Part shown: piece by piece, positions 11,601 through 24,168 of the stretch | Position numbering within the stretch: position 1 is the stretch's first letter | Layout: each line of letters starts with the position of its first letter | Assembly: GCA_004431415.1 (NCBI GenBank) | Contig: QPMI01000522.1 | Span: 248,001-312,000 of the forward strand | Source: Cyanophora paradoxa CCMP329 | Taxonomy: Eukaryota; Plantae; Glaucophyta | Reading direction: 5' to 3' | Length of the DNA: 64,000 nt | The notes under the pieces: model-generated | The model's input: only the letters and a program-made list of their open reading frames with translations | What the model was told of the DNA's origin: nothing | Databases searched by the model: none | Program-made: the position numbers and the translations under genes

Positions 11601-14600
11601 CGACCTGATTTGATCTGGGCAGCACGGGCGGGCGGAGGCCCTCTTAGTGCAGGCGCAGGCCATCCGCGAGGCGGCCCTCGGCGGTCCGCCCCGCCCCGCC
11701 CCGCCCCGCTCCGCCAGTCTTCTAGAGACCTAGATCTAGATTCGCTTAAGCGGGATCTAGAGAAGAGGACCCCGTTGGGTTCGAGAAAAGGACCCCGCTG
11801 CTCGGTCCGCCCCGGCCCGGCCCGCCCCTCACCAACGCTCTTTCGCTGGTTTCCAGTCTCGGGGACTCCTTCCCCCCCGCGCGCGCCCCCCTCCGCCTCG
11901 GCGGACCCCAGTGAGGCCGCCCTCGGCGGTCTAATAGAGACCTAGAGAGAAGGACCCCGCCCGGTTCGATAAGAGCTCTTTAGTTCGCTCTTTAGCTCGA
12001 TAGGGCTACGCAGCCTCGCCCCGGCTCGACTGAAGGCCCTATCCCCGGCCCTATCTGCTTTCTTCCCTCAGAGAAAGGATCTGCTAGAGGGCCTTGCGGC
12101 CTGTGGCCACGGCGTCTGACCCCCTGGGGCCGGCCCCGCTGACCCCGCTGGCCCCGGCACTATCTGCGGTTTTTCCTTAGAGAAAGGATGGGGCCGGCCC
12201 CGCTGACCCCGCTGGCCCCGGCCGGCCCCCGGCGCAGAGCGGCACGGGGACGTGGCGGTGACGCTGGACCTTCTGGCCCGCCTCTACCGCTCCCTCGGCC
12301 GCCTCGACGAGGCCGAGACCCGCCTCCAGGTGCCCGCGCGCCAGTCGCAAGGGCGTTCCGCCTAGGGCGGAGGTGCGCTCTAGATCTAGGGCGGAAGGGC
12401 GAACGCGCTGTGCCCGAGCGCCTCGCCTCGGGTCTCGCCCCGCCTCGCCTCGAGACCAGCTTGCGGTCGACGTCTCGGCGATCGCGGCCCACTCTGACTC
12501 TCGCCCGCCCGCCCGCCCTCCCGCCCGCCGCGCGCAGCGCGCCCTGCAGATCCGCGAGGCCGTCCTGGGGGTACGAATGCATACGCCCACTTCCCTCTAA
12601 ATCCCTTCCCCCGCCCCGCCCCGCCCCGCCGCCCTCGCCCCCGCCCCCGCCCACTCTCGGCCTGCAGAAAGACCACCCGGAGGTGGCGGCGACGCTCATT
12701 GCCCTCTCCCTCATCAACACCGAGCAGGCCCGCCCGCCCGTCCCTTAGATCTGATCTGATCTGATCTGATCTGATCTGATCTGATCTGATCCGATCCGAT
12801 CCGACCCAGGGCGACTACGGCGAGGCCGAGGACCTCGCCATGGCACGCCGGGCCGCCCCCCTCCCCTCGCCCCTCCCCCTACCCCTTCTTATCAGAGACT
12901 CTGACCCGGCGCGCCCCCCCCGTTCGCCCGCGCAGCGCGCGACGCGCATCCGGGAGCGGGCGCTGGGCGGTCCGCGCGCCCCCTCCCTCTCGATCTATCC
13001 ATCTATATGTATCGTACCAAACTATCTATCTGCCCATCCATCGCAGGGAACCACCCGAAGGGGGCGGACTGCGTGCGGGCGCTGGCGGCGCTGCGGGCGG
13101 CCCAGGGGCGCCTCGCCGACGCCGAGCAGCTCTGCAGGGCGCGCCCTCGAGCTCCCCCCGCCTTCTCCCTTTGGAACGTGGAGTTCGGTTTTAAGCGTGG
13201 GAGCACAGCGGGCGCTGGAGCTGCAGAAGAGCGCCCTGGGGCGATCCCACCCGGAGGCCCGCCCCTCCCGCCCCGCCCCCTATCCCGCCCGCCCGCCTCA
13301 CAGCCGTTCTCTCGCAGGTGGCGGGGACGGAGCACCAGCTGGCGGGCGTGTGCGAGCGGCAGGGGCGCCTCGAAGAGGCCGAGGAGCGCTACCTCGTGCG
13401 CCCTTGCTTGAAATCGAAGCCTTCGATTTCGTTGATAAGAGACGGAGGCGTCTAGATTGGATGCTGAACTAGAGTCTCGGCGCCCCCTAATTGCGTCGAA
13501 ATCGGAACGCGCTTGTTTGAGGCTTCTCTAATCCCCCCGCCTGCATGTTTCAAAGCTCACGGCCTGGAAACTCACGGGGGCGCGCGCCCGGGCCGGGGCA
13601 GAGGGCGCTGGCGGTGCGGGAGGCGCGCTTCGCCTTCAACCACCCCCACGTCGCCGAGGCGCCCCCGCCCCCGCCCCAGCCCGGCCCGGCCCGCGGGTCC
13701 TAGGCCTGGGCCTGGGCCCTTAGAAGCCCGCCTCGATCTCACGCGGGCGGGCAGACGCTGGCGGCGCTGGTGTCGCTGCTGATGCGCGACGGTTTCCAGA
13801 AGCGCCTCGAGGACTTCCTCAAGGCGCGACTTTTGAAGTCAAACTTCGCTTTGTGCTTACTTAATTTCGTCCGGAGCGCAGGGGCGGGGCGGGGACGCGG
13901 TGGCGGCACTGCGGGCGGTGGCGCGGGCGTGCGGGACGCAGGGCGGCCGCATCGCCTCCGCCGCCTCCGCCATGCTCAAGCGGGCCCGCCCCCGCCCCGC
14001 CCCGCCCTCTGATTGAATGAATGAGCGAAAAAGAATGAACGAGATCTTAGAGAGCATAAAAGAGAGTCTGCCCGAATAAAAGAGCGCCGCCCTCTCTAGA
14101 TCTTTTCCCGCTCTCTCGCCCCCTGACCTCACTTCGTTACGCAGGCGCTGGAGATGGCGCGGGCGGCGCACGGGCCCCGCAGCGCCGCCGTGCACCCGCC
14201 CGCCCCACCCCATCCCATCCGCTCAGATCCGATCCGATCCGATCCGACCCTCGCGCTCGCCCCACCCTCGCAGGCGGGGGAGGTGCTCTTCGAGCTGGGG
14301 GCGCACCACGCCGCCCGGGGCGAGGTCTGGGAGGCTGAGCCCGCCCTCCAGGCCCGCGCCCCCCGCCCCGCCCCGCCCCGCCCGGACTAGCTGGAGCGAG
14401 GAAACTTGAAACTAGCTGTAGGCCCCTAAGCTTGAGAGGAACTGGGCCCCGCACGGACAGGCCCGCGGGCCCGCCGCCCGAGACAAATAGATCAGAAATA
14501 TATGACCGCAGGGGCCCCGACTGAGATAGAGCCCCAGATGCCCGCCATTTGAGACGTGATCCTACCTCCTGCCGTCTCCTGGCCATGGGGCCTAAACCCT

Positions 14601-17600
14601 CACCCCCGCGCGCAGGAGTGTGTGGAGGTGCGGAAGGCGGCGCACGGCCCGAGCGACCCCAAGGCGCGAGCGACCGCCCCCCTCCCCCCCTCCCCTCCCC
14701 AAGCCCTCCAAATAGAGCCTTCTGGACCCCGAACCCCCATATTGTGCTCTTCCTCTGACCTCTGACCTCTGGCCTCTGGCCTCTGGCCTCTGGGCAGGTC
14801 GGGGAGGCGCTGCTGGGCCTCGCCGCCCTCGCCACCCGCGAGCGCCGCCACGCCGCCGCCGAGCCCCTCCTCCGCGTGCGACCGTACCCCACACACACAC
14901 ACATTCCACGCTATTTATAGCTTACGCTGCACAAACTGCGCAGCGGGCGCTGGAGGTCGCGGAGCAGCGGGGCGGGCCCCCCGCGCGGGCGGCGGCGGCG
15001 GCGGCGCTGCTCCCCGGGGCCCTCTCCGGCCTCGCCGCCGCCTGCGCCGCCCTCGGCCGCCGCCCCGAGGCCGTCGCGCTCTACAAGGTGCTCTAGATCT
15101 AGTATACTTAGATCTGATTCGGCCTCTAGATCTGATTCCAGTTCTTTATATACTTGCCGCCCTCGGCCGCCCCGCCGAGGCCGTCGCGCTCTACCGCGTG
15201 CGCCCGGCCCTTGTCTTATGAGCTCCTCCCAGACATAGAATCTTAAGGCCCAGTCAAGCTATCAGCTTCGAGCTGCTTGGAGCTGAGCTCCCTACGCTTT
15301 GCTCTGCCACGCTCGTCGCAGCGGCTGGTGGAGGTGCAGGACGGGGCGGGGGCGGAGGGGGCGGACGCGGAGACGCTCCACGCGCTGGGGACCCTCCTGC
15401 GCGACGAGGAGCCGGCCGCCGCCCCGCCCGTCCTCGAGGCCCGCCCTTTCTATTTACAGACTCCTCCGCTATCCTTCCTTCTTCTTCTGATCCCTTCTTA
15501 CGGTAGCGGGCGCTGGCCGCGTGCGAGCGGGCGACGGGGCGCGGGGACGTGCGCGTGGCCGAGCTCCTCCTCGCCCTCGGCGCCCTCGCCGCCGCCACCG
15601 GCCGCCACGCAGACGCCGAGGCCCACTTCGAGGTCTGATCTGATCTGATCGGATCAGATCTGAGCCGTCTGATCGGAGCGCAGCGCTGCATGGCGGGGCG
15701 GCGGGAGGAGATCGGGTCGGGCCGGCTGGACGCGACGGGCCTCGCGGCGCTCCGCGGCCTCGCCGCCGCCCTCGCCGCCCAGGGCCGCCCCGACGAGGCC
15801 GCCGACGCCCTCCAGGTGCGAGCGAAGGAAGAGGAGGGGGAGAAGACGTAAGAGAAGAAGAGAGCGGCTCCTGATCGAGAGCCCTGCGCGCAGCGGCTGC
15901 TGGAGGCGCAGGAGCAGACGCCGGCGCTGGGGCCCGAGCACCCTGACGCCGCCGACACCCTCCAGGTCCCCGACCCATCCCAACTTCCCCCTGCTTAGCT
16001 CCCCGCTGAGATTCGCTTTGCTTCGCGTCGCGTGGCGCAGGCGCTGGGGGCGGTGCGGGGCGGGCAGGGCCGGGCGGCGGAGGCGGAGGCGCTCCTGCGG
16101 CGGGCCCTCGCCCTCCGCGAGAGGGCCCTCGCGCCCTCCGACCCCAAAGTACGCCGCGGCCGTCGCCTGGCGGAGATGGGGGGAAGCCCGGGGGCTAGAC
16201 TCTGAGACTCTTGAAGTATGTAAAGCCTAGGGAAGGCTGGATCGTTCGCTTAAGTTTGTGCGCAAAGCCTGCAGCTGATCGCGGGTGGCGGGGCGCGCGC
16301 GCGCAGGTCGCGGAGTCGCTAGGGTCGCTGGCGGCGCTGCTCGCCGCGCAGGGGCGCCACGCCGACGCGGAGCCCCTCTACCGCGTGCGCCCGTGCCCCC
16401 CTTCCTTCCTTGAGAGCATATCTCACGGCGAGGCGTCGGCCGCGGGCGGCAGCGGTGCGTGGCGGGGCTGGAGAAGGCGGGGGCGGGGGCGGGGGCGCCC
16501 CCGGGGGCCCTGCGGGAGGCCCTCTCCGGCCTCGCCGCCTCCTGCGAGGTGAGGTAGAGAGAGAGAGGGAGAGAGAGAGCGCGCACCCTTAAAACTTCGA
16601 AGCTAAGTCAGGCTTTAATCTTCGATCTCCCTTAATCCTTCCTGGCAGGCGCTGCAGAAGAAGGGAGAGGCGGCGGCCGTCCTCCAGCGGCTCCTCACCC
16701 TCCAGCGCACCTCCTCGACGGCCGCCGCCGCCGGAGGCGCCTCTGGAGGCCCCGGCACCGGCGGCACCTCAGCCGCCGCAGCCGCAGCTGTGGCCGCCGG
16801 CGACGCGGGGACGGAGCTGCGGCTGGGGGCGGCGCTGGCCCGCGACCGCAAGCTCGAGCAGGCGGAGCCGCACCTGCGGGTGGGCCCGACGATATACACG
16901 CCCCGGCCCCTTAGCTCAACCAGATTCTCGGAGTCCTACGAAACTTCCTCGGATCCGCTGAGCTGCGGGCCCTCGCCCCGCAGCGGGCGCTGGCGGGGCG
17001 GGAGGCGGAGGGCGGGGCGGACTCGCCCGGGGCGCTGGAGGCGGCCCTCGCCCTTGCCGACCTCCTCAAGGCCCGCCCCCCCCCGCCCGCCCCGCCCCGC
17101 CCGGAAGGATATATATTTCGAGGCATGTAGAAGTCTCTTGGAGACCGTCGGACATTTCTAGACATGCCCGCCGCCTCCCACCTTCGTCTCTGGCGCCTGA
17201 CGCGGCGCGTGCGCACGCGGGCGGCAGGCGCGGGGCAAGTACCCCGAGGCCCAGGCCCTCTACCAGGTATCCCCCTCCTCCTCCTTCCCCCCCTGGCGCA
17301 TCCTTATCTTCGCCCGCCCGCTCGCCCGCAGCGCTGGCTCCGCGCCAACTACGCCGCGCTGGGCGCCGGCGGCCCCGCCGCCGAGCAGGCTCGGGTCCCC
17401 CGTCCCCCCTCTTCCTTCCTTCCTGCTGACGGCGCCCCCCCCCTACCCCCCCCCCCCCCCCCCACCCCAGGGCCTGCGGCTGTTGGCGTCGCTGCACGAG
17501 TGCCAGCGCCACGAGCGCGCCGCTGACGCCATCGCCCGCGTCCGCGCCCCCGCCCCCGCCCGCCCGCCCCGCCCGCCCGCCCGCCCCCGCCCGCCCTCCC

Positions 17601-20380
17601 GCACTTAGCGAGAAGGAAGGCGCCTAGCAACGACACGGGCCCCCGCCTGCCCGCCCGCCTCGAAATCCATCGCCCTCATAATGCACCACGCGAGCCATTC
17701 CGCCGCCTGCGCCTCGGCTGAGAGGGCGGCCGGCCGCGCGCAGGAGCTGATCGAGCAGCTGGCCCCGCGCCTCGACAAGCCCGACAAGGACAAGAAGCAG
17801 AAGAAGGGGAAGAAGAAAGGGAAGGAGGAGGCGGAGGCCGGCCCTGGCGCCCCCGGGGAGGAGGACTGGGGCCCCCTGAATGGCGAGGGCGCCCGGCGCT
17901 GGAACGAGGCGATGGCCGCCCTCCGCCGCGGCGGGCCCCAGGTCCGCGCCGCGGGCCCGGGCGTCCATGTAAATATTTAAAAAGGCCTGCCCAGCGTATG
18001 ATTATAAGCACGTTGGGGCGGCGCAGGCAGCCTGCGCCCTAGCCTAGCCTAGCCGGCGCTGACCATATGACCGCCCCGCCCCGCCCCTTTGGAAGAGCTC
18101 TAAGGAAGGGCCCCGGCTCTAACTCTAAGGAAGGGCCCCAGAGAGGCGTTTAATCGTTTAAATGCGCGCTAGAGCTTGGCCCCGCCGGCGCTGACCGCCC
18201 CGCCCCGCCCCTTTGGCAGAGCGCGGAGTACATCGGCGCGATGAAGGCCGCCGAGGACGCCTTCGCGGTGCGCGCGTACCCTTCCCCCCGTCTCCCTCCC
18301 CCCCGGCTTGAGCTTCTTCGATCCCCCTAGCTTCCTCCCGCCCGCTTTTTTCGGCTCCCTTCGCCCTCCCCCTCCGCTCTCCCCTTGAACAGCTTAACTT
18401 CAGCTTCCCCCTCCATTCCTTCGAATTCCTCGGTTGCCTTCGCTTCGGTTCTCATCCCTCGACGCGTCTTTCTTCTTGGCAGGCGTCGCTGGGGAGCCGG
18501 GAGCGGCACCTGGGCCCCGCCGACCCCCGCGTCGCTTTCGCCGCAGCCAACCTCGCCCTCCTCCACGCCCACCGGTACCCCCCCCTTCTTTTTTCCAGGC
18601 CGTTCTATTCTATTCTTCTTTGCAGGGGTAGCGCGTCCCTCGCGGAGGTCCTCGCCAAGGTGCGATGTACCCCCGGCACGGCGAGCCGAGCGCGTACCCC
18701 TCTGTCTTTTCGAGTCCGAGGTCGATCGTACCCCGCCCGCCCGCAGCGGTCGCTGGCGCTGCAGGAGTCTGCCGCCTCTCAAAAGAAGGGAGGCGAGGCC
18801 AAGGCGCGGCTCGCCCCCCCCCCCCTCCCCGCACGTCTACCCCCCATCTTAATCGCCTACCCCCCACCAGGCGGGGGCGTTGGCGGAGGCGCTGACGCTC
18901 CTCGCGGCGCTGCTGCTGCGGAAGGGCGAGCTCGCGCCCGCAGAGGGGCACCTCTCAGTACGCCCCGCCCCGCCCCGCTCCGCCCCGCCCCGCCCCGCCC
19001 GCGCCGCTCCTTTTGTGCTTGTAAGCTACTTCACATTCCGCCCCTCCTGATACGGGCGGGGCGCGGTAGAGGGCGCTCGAGCTCCGCAAGAAGGCCCTTG
19101 GCGAGCGGGACCCCAAGGTGGTTCCCGTACCCCGCCTTTTTCCCCCCCCCCCCCCCCCCCCCCCCCTCTTGAGCCCGGGCGCAGGTGGCGGGTCTCATGT
19201 TCGCGCTGGGCTCCCTGCACGCCGCCCAGCAGCGGCCGGCCCAGGCCGAGCCCCTCCTCAGGGCGCGCCTGACCCTTCCACGCCTCGAGCTCCTAAACAC
19301 TTATGAACCTGAACTGCCTTCATATACATACATAAGAGAGCCTTATAATTACGTATGCAACTCGTCTCATCTCGCGTACTCTAACGCGAGCAGGCGTGCG
19401 CGGAGGGGCGGCAGCGGGCGCTGGGGGAGGCCCACCCCGCCACCGCGTCGGCCCTCGCCGCCCTCGCCGCCCTCCTCGCCGCGCAGGGCCGCCACGCCGA
19501 GGCCGAGCCCCTCCTCCGCGTGCGCCCGTACCCCCCGCCCCATCGCTCCGCTCAGCCTCAGCTGATCTCGGGGCGGCAGCGGGCGCTGGCGGCGAGGGAG
19601 GCCGCCCAGGGGGGTGCGCGCGCGCCCGGCCCGGGCTCCCTCTTGCAGGAACGATCTAGTCTAGTCTAGCGCTGCCTGCGCGAGCTTAAGCGATCAAAGC
19701 GGGCCTCCCATCGATGCTCCCGAGCCTTAAGAGCTTCTTTTGACGCTGCTGCTCTCGCTGCTCTCGGAGCTGTTCTCTTCCTGAGGGGCGGCCGCAGGGG
19801 AGCACAAAGCCTAAAGCTAGCAAGCAATGCTAGCTTTCTATCTATCTATCGAGCCTTAAGCTTCGCTTCCTGAGGGGCGGCCGCAGGGGAGCCGCTGGAG
19901 GCGGCGGAGGCGGCGGCGGCGCTGGCGGCGGCGCGGGCGGCGCAGGGCGACCCCGCCGAGGCCGAGCGGCTCCACCGCGTGCGCATACGCGGCCCTCGGG
20001 TCCAATACCACGATACCTGAATTCATAGCCTGGATCTTACTCTAATAAGAGGCTTAAGTAAAGCCTTAAAGCTTAGAATGAGAACGCGTTTTCCAGGACA
20101 TCAAACGCTGAGTCTGGGCGCAGAGGGCGCTGGGGGTCCGGGAGGGGCGGGCCGGGGGCGGCCCCGAGCACGCCGCCTCGCTCGCCCAGCTCGCCGCCCT
20201 CCTCCTCTCCCAGGCCCGCTTCCCCCCTTCCCCGCCTGGTCTATTCGTCTCTGAGGCGGACCGGGGCAGGGTCGGGGGCGGGAGGCGGCGCCTTTCGTCG
20301 AGCGTCTGCAGGGCATCCTCGCGAGGGGCCCCGGCGCCGGCGCGGACGCGGGGGGCGGCCCGGGCGGCCCCCCGAAATAG
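4653..20380 (+). CDS. Large STAND-type protein: Pro-rich N-terminus, DUF4062, NACHT/AAA-like P-loop NTPase, long kinesin-light-chain-type TPR array (nephrocystin-3/TEP1/TTC41-like architecture); dozens of introns
   Basis: Spliced DUF4062 signature VRAFLSSTFRDMAPERDAIFK..FFVAVDLRWGITEEAAKGGEVVRLCLREVLRSRYFIGFLKKRYGW; Walker A LLLLRGESGSGKSALLANW..LLIVHFVG; Walker B LLLVADALDQL; NPLFLTVLLEEL; repeated RAL.IRE..LG..HP.VA..L..LA TPR units from ~11.0 to 20.3 kb; stop TAG 20378-20380. Confidence 0.85.
9713..9820 (+). repeat. Intronic dispersed repeat, copy 1 (partner at 40061-40153)
   Basis: AGATAG..CTCCGCCCAGGAG(T/C)CCGCCTCGCGCT..CGTCCTCAG(C/T)GACCGCCAC..AACCCTTATCTCC aligns colinearly with 40061-40153. 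Confidence 0.75.
10153..10345 (+). repeat. Intronic tandem repeat, ~54-bp period
   Basis: CACGTTCCAGCAAACGAACCGCCCCGCC at ~10153, 10207 and 10262 plus a degenerate fourth copy. Confidence 0.8.
12748..12803. repeat. (GATCT/GATCC)n pentanucleotide microsatellite in an intron; shorter copies near 11581, 14220, 15636, 22796, 44605
   Basis: Direct reading of the sequence. Confidence 0.85.
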
Positions 20381-20984
20381 ATATATTACGTATACGTAAA
20401 CTAAAAAGTATTTACTGTTAATATTTAATGGAGGCGCACGTGCACCAGATCTAGATCGAGTGAATGGATCGCAGCGTACGCGTTTGCAAAATCACAAATT
20501 GTGAGTTATGATTAGGCAGTGCACTGCTCGCGGTTGCTGTGCAGCTCGCTCAAAGCATATATAATAGAACACATTCAGAAGGGCCTAGTTTCCGGTGCTG
20601 TTGGGTGTGACCATGCGTGCTGTGCAGCTTTGGCAGGCTGGCGGCGCGAGCGAGCAGATCTAGAGCTGGTATTCTAGGGGCAAGCAGTCACAGGGTACAA
20701 GTGTGTCACCCGGGGTGTGAGCCCGGGAGGGGTACATGAAAAGTAGTGGGGGTCCAATCGGCGCACTCAATGCGAGCGCTGCAGAGACTAAGGCCAAGCA
20801 CTGCGAGACAGTGCGAGTAGCGCGACTCGGGGCGCCGGCTCCTGACGGCAGAAAGCCGTGAGGCAATAGTGCCGCAATACCCGTAACATGCACAATATTA
20901 TGACATTGCGACAGCTTAGCAGCTCACGAATTAACATGATCGACGAAGTCGCGTCGCGCGGCCAATATCACGCCTAAATTACAT

Positions 20985-21748
20985 CTAGAGGAGGCGGGCG
21001 TCGCCCTCGGCCTCGGCGCCGAAGCCGAAGTCGAAGTCGGCGGCGGCGGCGCCCTCGTCCGCCGGCAGCGCAGCGTCGTCCCCCTCCTGCGCCGTCATGG
21101 GATCAGGTTCAAAAGAGGAAGTTCAAACGAGGGGCGGGGCGGGCGGGGCGAACGCGCACGGCGGCGAGGAGGGCGGCGGCGTCGTCGAGGGCCGCGTCGA
21201 AGGCCTCCGCCGAGTAGGCGACCACCTGGTCGTCCGCGTCCACCTGCCTGAAGAGAGGCACCCCGACCCTCTGCGCGTAGGCCCGCGCCCGCTCCTCGGG
21301 GGTCGAGTACGTCGGCGCGTTGATCGGCTGCATGGTCTGGCGCCCGGGCCGCGGTCGATCGGGGTCGCAGGGTCACGTAATTGATTGACGTCAGCCGCCA
21401 CCAGCGCAGAGCAAACCGCACTCCGCACTCACCGCGATGGTGCCAGAGGCGGTTCCCATGCCGTAAGTGGCGGTGGCGTCCGCCGCCGCGCTCAGCTCTC
21501 GCATCAGGCAGTCATCGTACTGAAAGCCCTGGAGATTCTGCCCCCGGCAAGTGTTCATCGCCCTCCCAACCGCGTTGGTCTGCCGGACGCATGCGAACAG
21601 CGCGGTGAGCGACGCCCGACTGTGGGAGCAGCACGACGGGGATCCCGGAGTGAATCGGCGCGGCCGCCCGGCCGCGCCCACGAGGCGCCGCTAGGATCGC
21701 CGATTCGAAGCCAGAGAAGCTTTTAAGATATCGCACACTCACCGCCAT
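20985..21748 (-). CDS. Small spliced hypothetical protein with acidic C-terminus
   Basis: Exons NLQGFQYDDCLMRELSAAADATATYGMGTASGTIA|TMQPINAPTYSTPEERARAYAQRVGVPLFRQVDADDQVVAYSAEAFDAALDDAAALLAA|EGDD..FDFGFGAEAEGDARLL* joined by GT..CAG introns; first exon uncertain. Confidence 0.45.
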
Positions 21749-22403
21749 GGCAAAAGAGTTGTCGGGGAGAAGAGAAGCCGGTTGATGAGTTGCCGCGCTC
21801 ACCAGGAGTGGGGGTACGAGGCTCCAGACAAAGAAAGCGTACCCCTGTCCGAAGCTACGTTCCGGATCCGGTAGCGCTGAGCTGAGCTGAGCGCCCTCGA
21901 GCTCGGCGCTGGCGCTTACGCACGGCGTGCACAGATCTAGTTCTAGCTAGTTCCGGCCGCACTGCGCGCGGCAGACCGCGCAGACCCGGAAGTCATGATA
22001 TCGATCATATGCATGCATATGATCGCGTCCGCGGCCGATGGTACCGGTCGACGCGCGCACGAGCGCACATGTACACCGCGGCGCGGCGCCGGCCGGCTCA
22101 GCTGCAGCGGCAAGCGCTGCGCATGAATATGCGCTGAAGTCATGGGCAGCTCTTCCGGACCTCGAGCTCAGGGGCTGGCGCCGGCGCCGGCGCGATGCCA
22201 GAGCACAGCCTGGCATGCGCAGCTGCCAGGCCTGCGCGGGCAGTCTCAGCGCAGAGCCTCGGAGCAGCGCTTATAATTAGCTATCTCGGATAATGCTAGT
22301 GACTGAGGGCCTGTTGAAACGAAATGCGATCGATCTACCCTACACAAGCGTCTAGCTGGCCGCGCGCTGCGGCGCAGGTCCTGGCCTGAGCTGCAGCCTA
22401 TAG

Positions 22404-23805
22404 CTAGATGTCCTTCTTGCCCTCGGTGAGCGCCGGCTTGTCCGCGGCGGCCGCCGCCCCCTCCCCGCCCTCCTCGTCGTCGTCCCCTGGGAGGGCGAAC
22501 TTGCCGCCCGCGACGGCGTTCTCGACGGCGGCGGAGAGGCGCGCCTCGACCCTCCGCAGCGCCGCGAGCGTCTGCCTCAGGTTCTCCCGCGTCGTCGCCT
22601 TCTCGGCCGCGCTCGCGCCCCGCCGCTCCGCCTCGGCCCGCGCGCGCGCGTACGAGCCGGCGGACTGGCAGAGGCGCCACGCCGAGTCCAGCAGCACCAC
22701 GAACTTGGCGATACCCCCCTTGGAGAAGGCGTCGATGTCCGGCCGCAGAGCCTCGTCCTCTGCAGACCGCGCCGGACCGGACCGGACCGGGTCAGATCAG
22801 ATCAGATCAGATCAGGTGCGAGCGAGCGAGCGCACCGGCCTTCTGGCGCGTGAGGGTCGTCCTGACGACGTAGAGCGTGACGAGGAGGATGAGGAGGCCG
22901 AGGGCGAAGAGGCGGTACGTCGGGTTGAATACCATCGCGCAGAAGGCCGCCAGCCCGCCCGACGCCAGCGCCTGCACGGGCCCCCAGAGCGTGTCGGAGA
23001 GAGAAAGTGAGAGGGAGAGAGAGAGGGCGTACCGTGCGGGCCATGCCCATCTTGGACTTGTTGCGCTCGCCCAGGACGTTCCGCAGGTAGAGGTCGATGT
23101 CCTTCCGGTTGCGGATCTCCTTCGCCGTCAGCACGCGCAGCTCCTTCGCGCGCTCCTCGCACGCCTCCGAGATGTCGTCCAGCGTCGGCAGCGGCGTCGT
23201 GCCGTCCTCGCCCACCATCCCGAGCGCCGCGAGGGGCGCCGTCGAGCCGGTCAGGAACGAATCCAGCAGCGCGGCCGTCGCCTGGCTCGCCTCCCTGCGC
23301 TCGCTCCGCGTCGGCAACTCCGCGCGCCGAGGCCCGCGCGCGCCGCGGGGAGGCCGGACCGGAAGAACACGAGCGAGTAAAAGAGCGACTGCACCGCTTC
23401 CTCCGTTCGGTTCGTCTCTCCCATGAGCACGCTCGTGGTTATTTGCATGCGCTTGAACCTGGGCGGGGGGCGTCGGCGAAGGGCCATAATGAGCGCTACT
23501 CGCGACAGCCCGAACCGGTAGAACTGTTCGAGAACGTCCATCGGAAGCGTCTCCAGGTGCGGATCGGCGTCTTTGAGGGACGTTTTTAACCGCCGCACCG
23601 CCCGCGGAAGCGAGACAGCCTTGGCCGCCGGCAGCGAGGTCAGCGCGCTGCCCGCCGGCGCCTCGTCTCCGGCTGTAGAGGCAGCGGCCGAGCTAGCTAG
23701 ACTCTCATCGCCGCTCCACGTCTCGTCGCCGACCGCGGCCGGGAGGTCCTGGCCCTCCTCGGGCAAACTGTCGGCTGGCCCTCCGCGCGTCGCTCTCGGC
23801 GGCAT
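22404..23805 (-). CDS. Hypothetical membrane protein (two adjacent TM helices flanked by coiled coils)
   Basis: Exons in ORFs 23251-23805, 22802-23317 and 22404-22700; hydrophobic exon ALASGGLAAFCAMVFNPTYRLFALGLLILLVTLYVVRTTLTRQK. Confidence 0.6.
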
Positions 23806-24168
23806 ACGGCTAGCCTACGCGTGTGGATGGTTTTATAGCGTCTTTGCTAAGCGCTACGCGTTGGCGGCGGAAGCCCTGCGAAGGATGCTCTCTAGATGCG
23901 GCCCCCGTGCGGCTCAATGACAGCGTACCCCTGTGCCGACCTGCCACCTCGCGCACGCGGCGCTTCCCGGAGCCTTCAGCGGCTTCCTGAGTTCCTCAAA
24001 CGATCTAGAGACCGGCAGTACAGCCTCGTCTCTTCGTCCGCAGTCCAACGGCTACCTGCACCGATCGCACGACCGACGCACCGGCGCGGCTCGAGCGGAA
24101 CTTGTAGTGGCTTAGATCAACCAGAATCAGCGGTTTCTGTTTGCCTGCCCACGCGAAGGGAGTCGGAG

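Noticed and set aside
20690-20880. Several short hairpins suggesting a structured ncRNA
   Set aside because: Stems are only 5-6 bp in GC-rich sequence, with no snRNA, SRP or RNase P motif recognised; likely 3' UTR.
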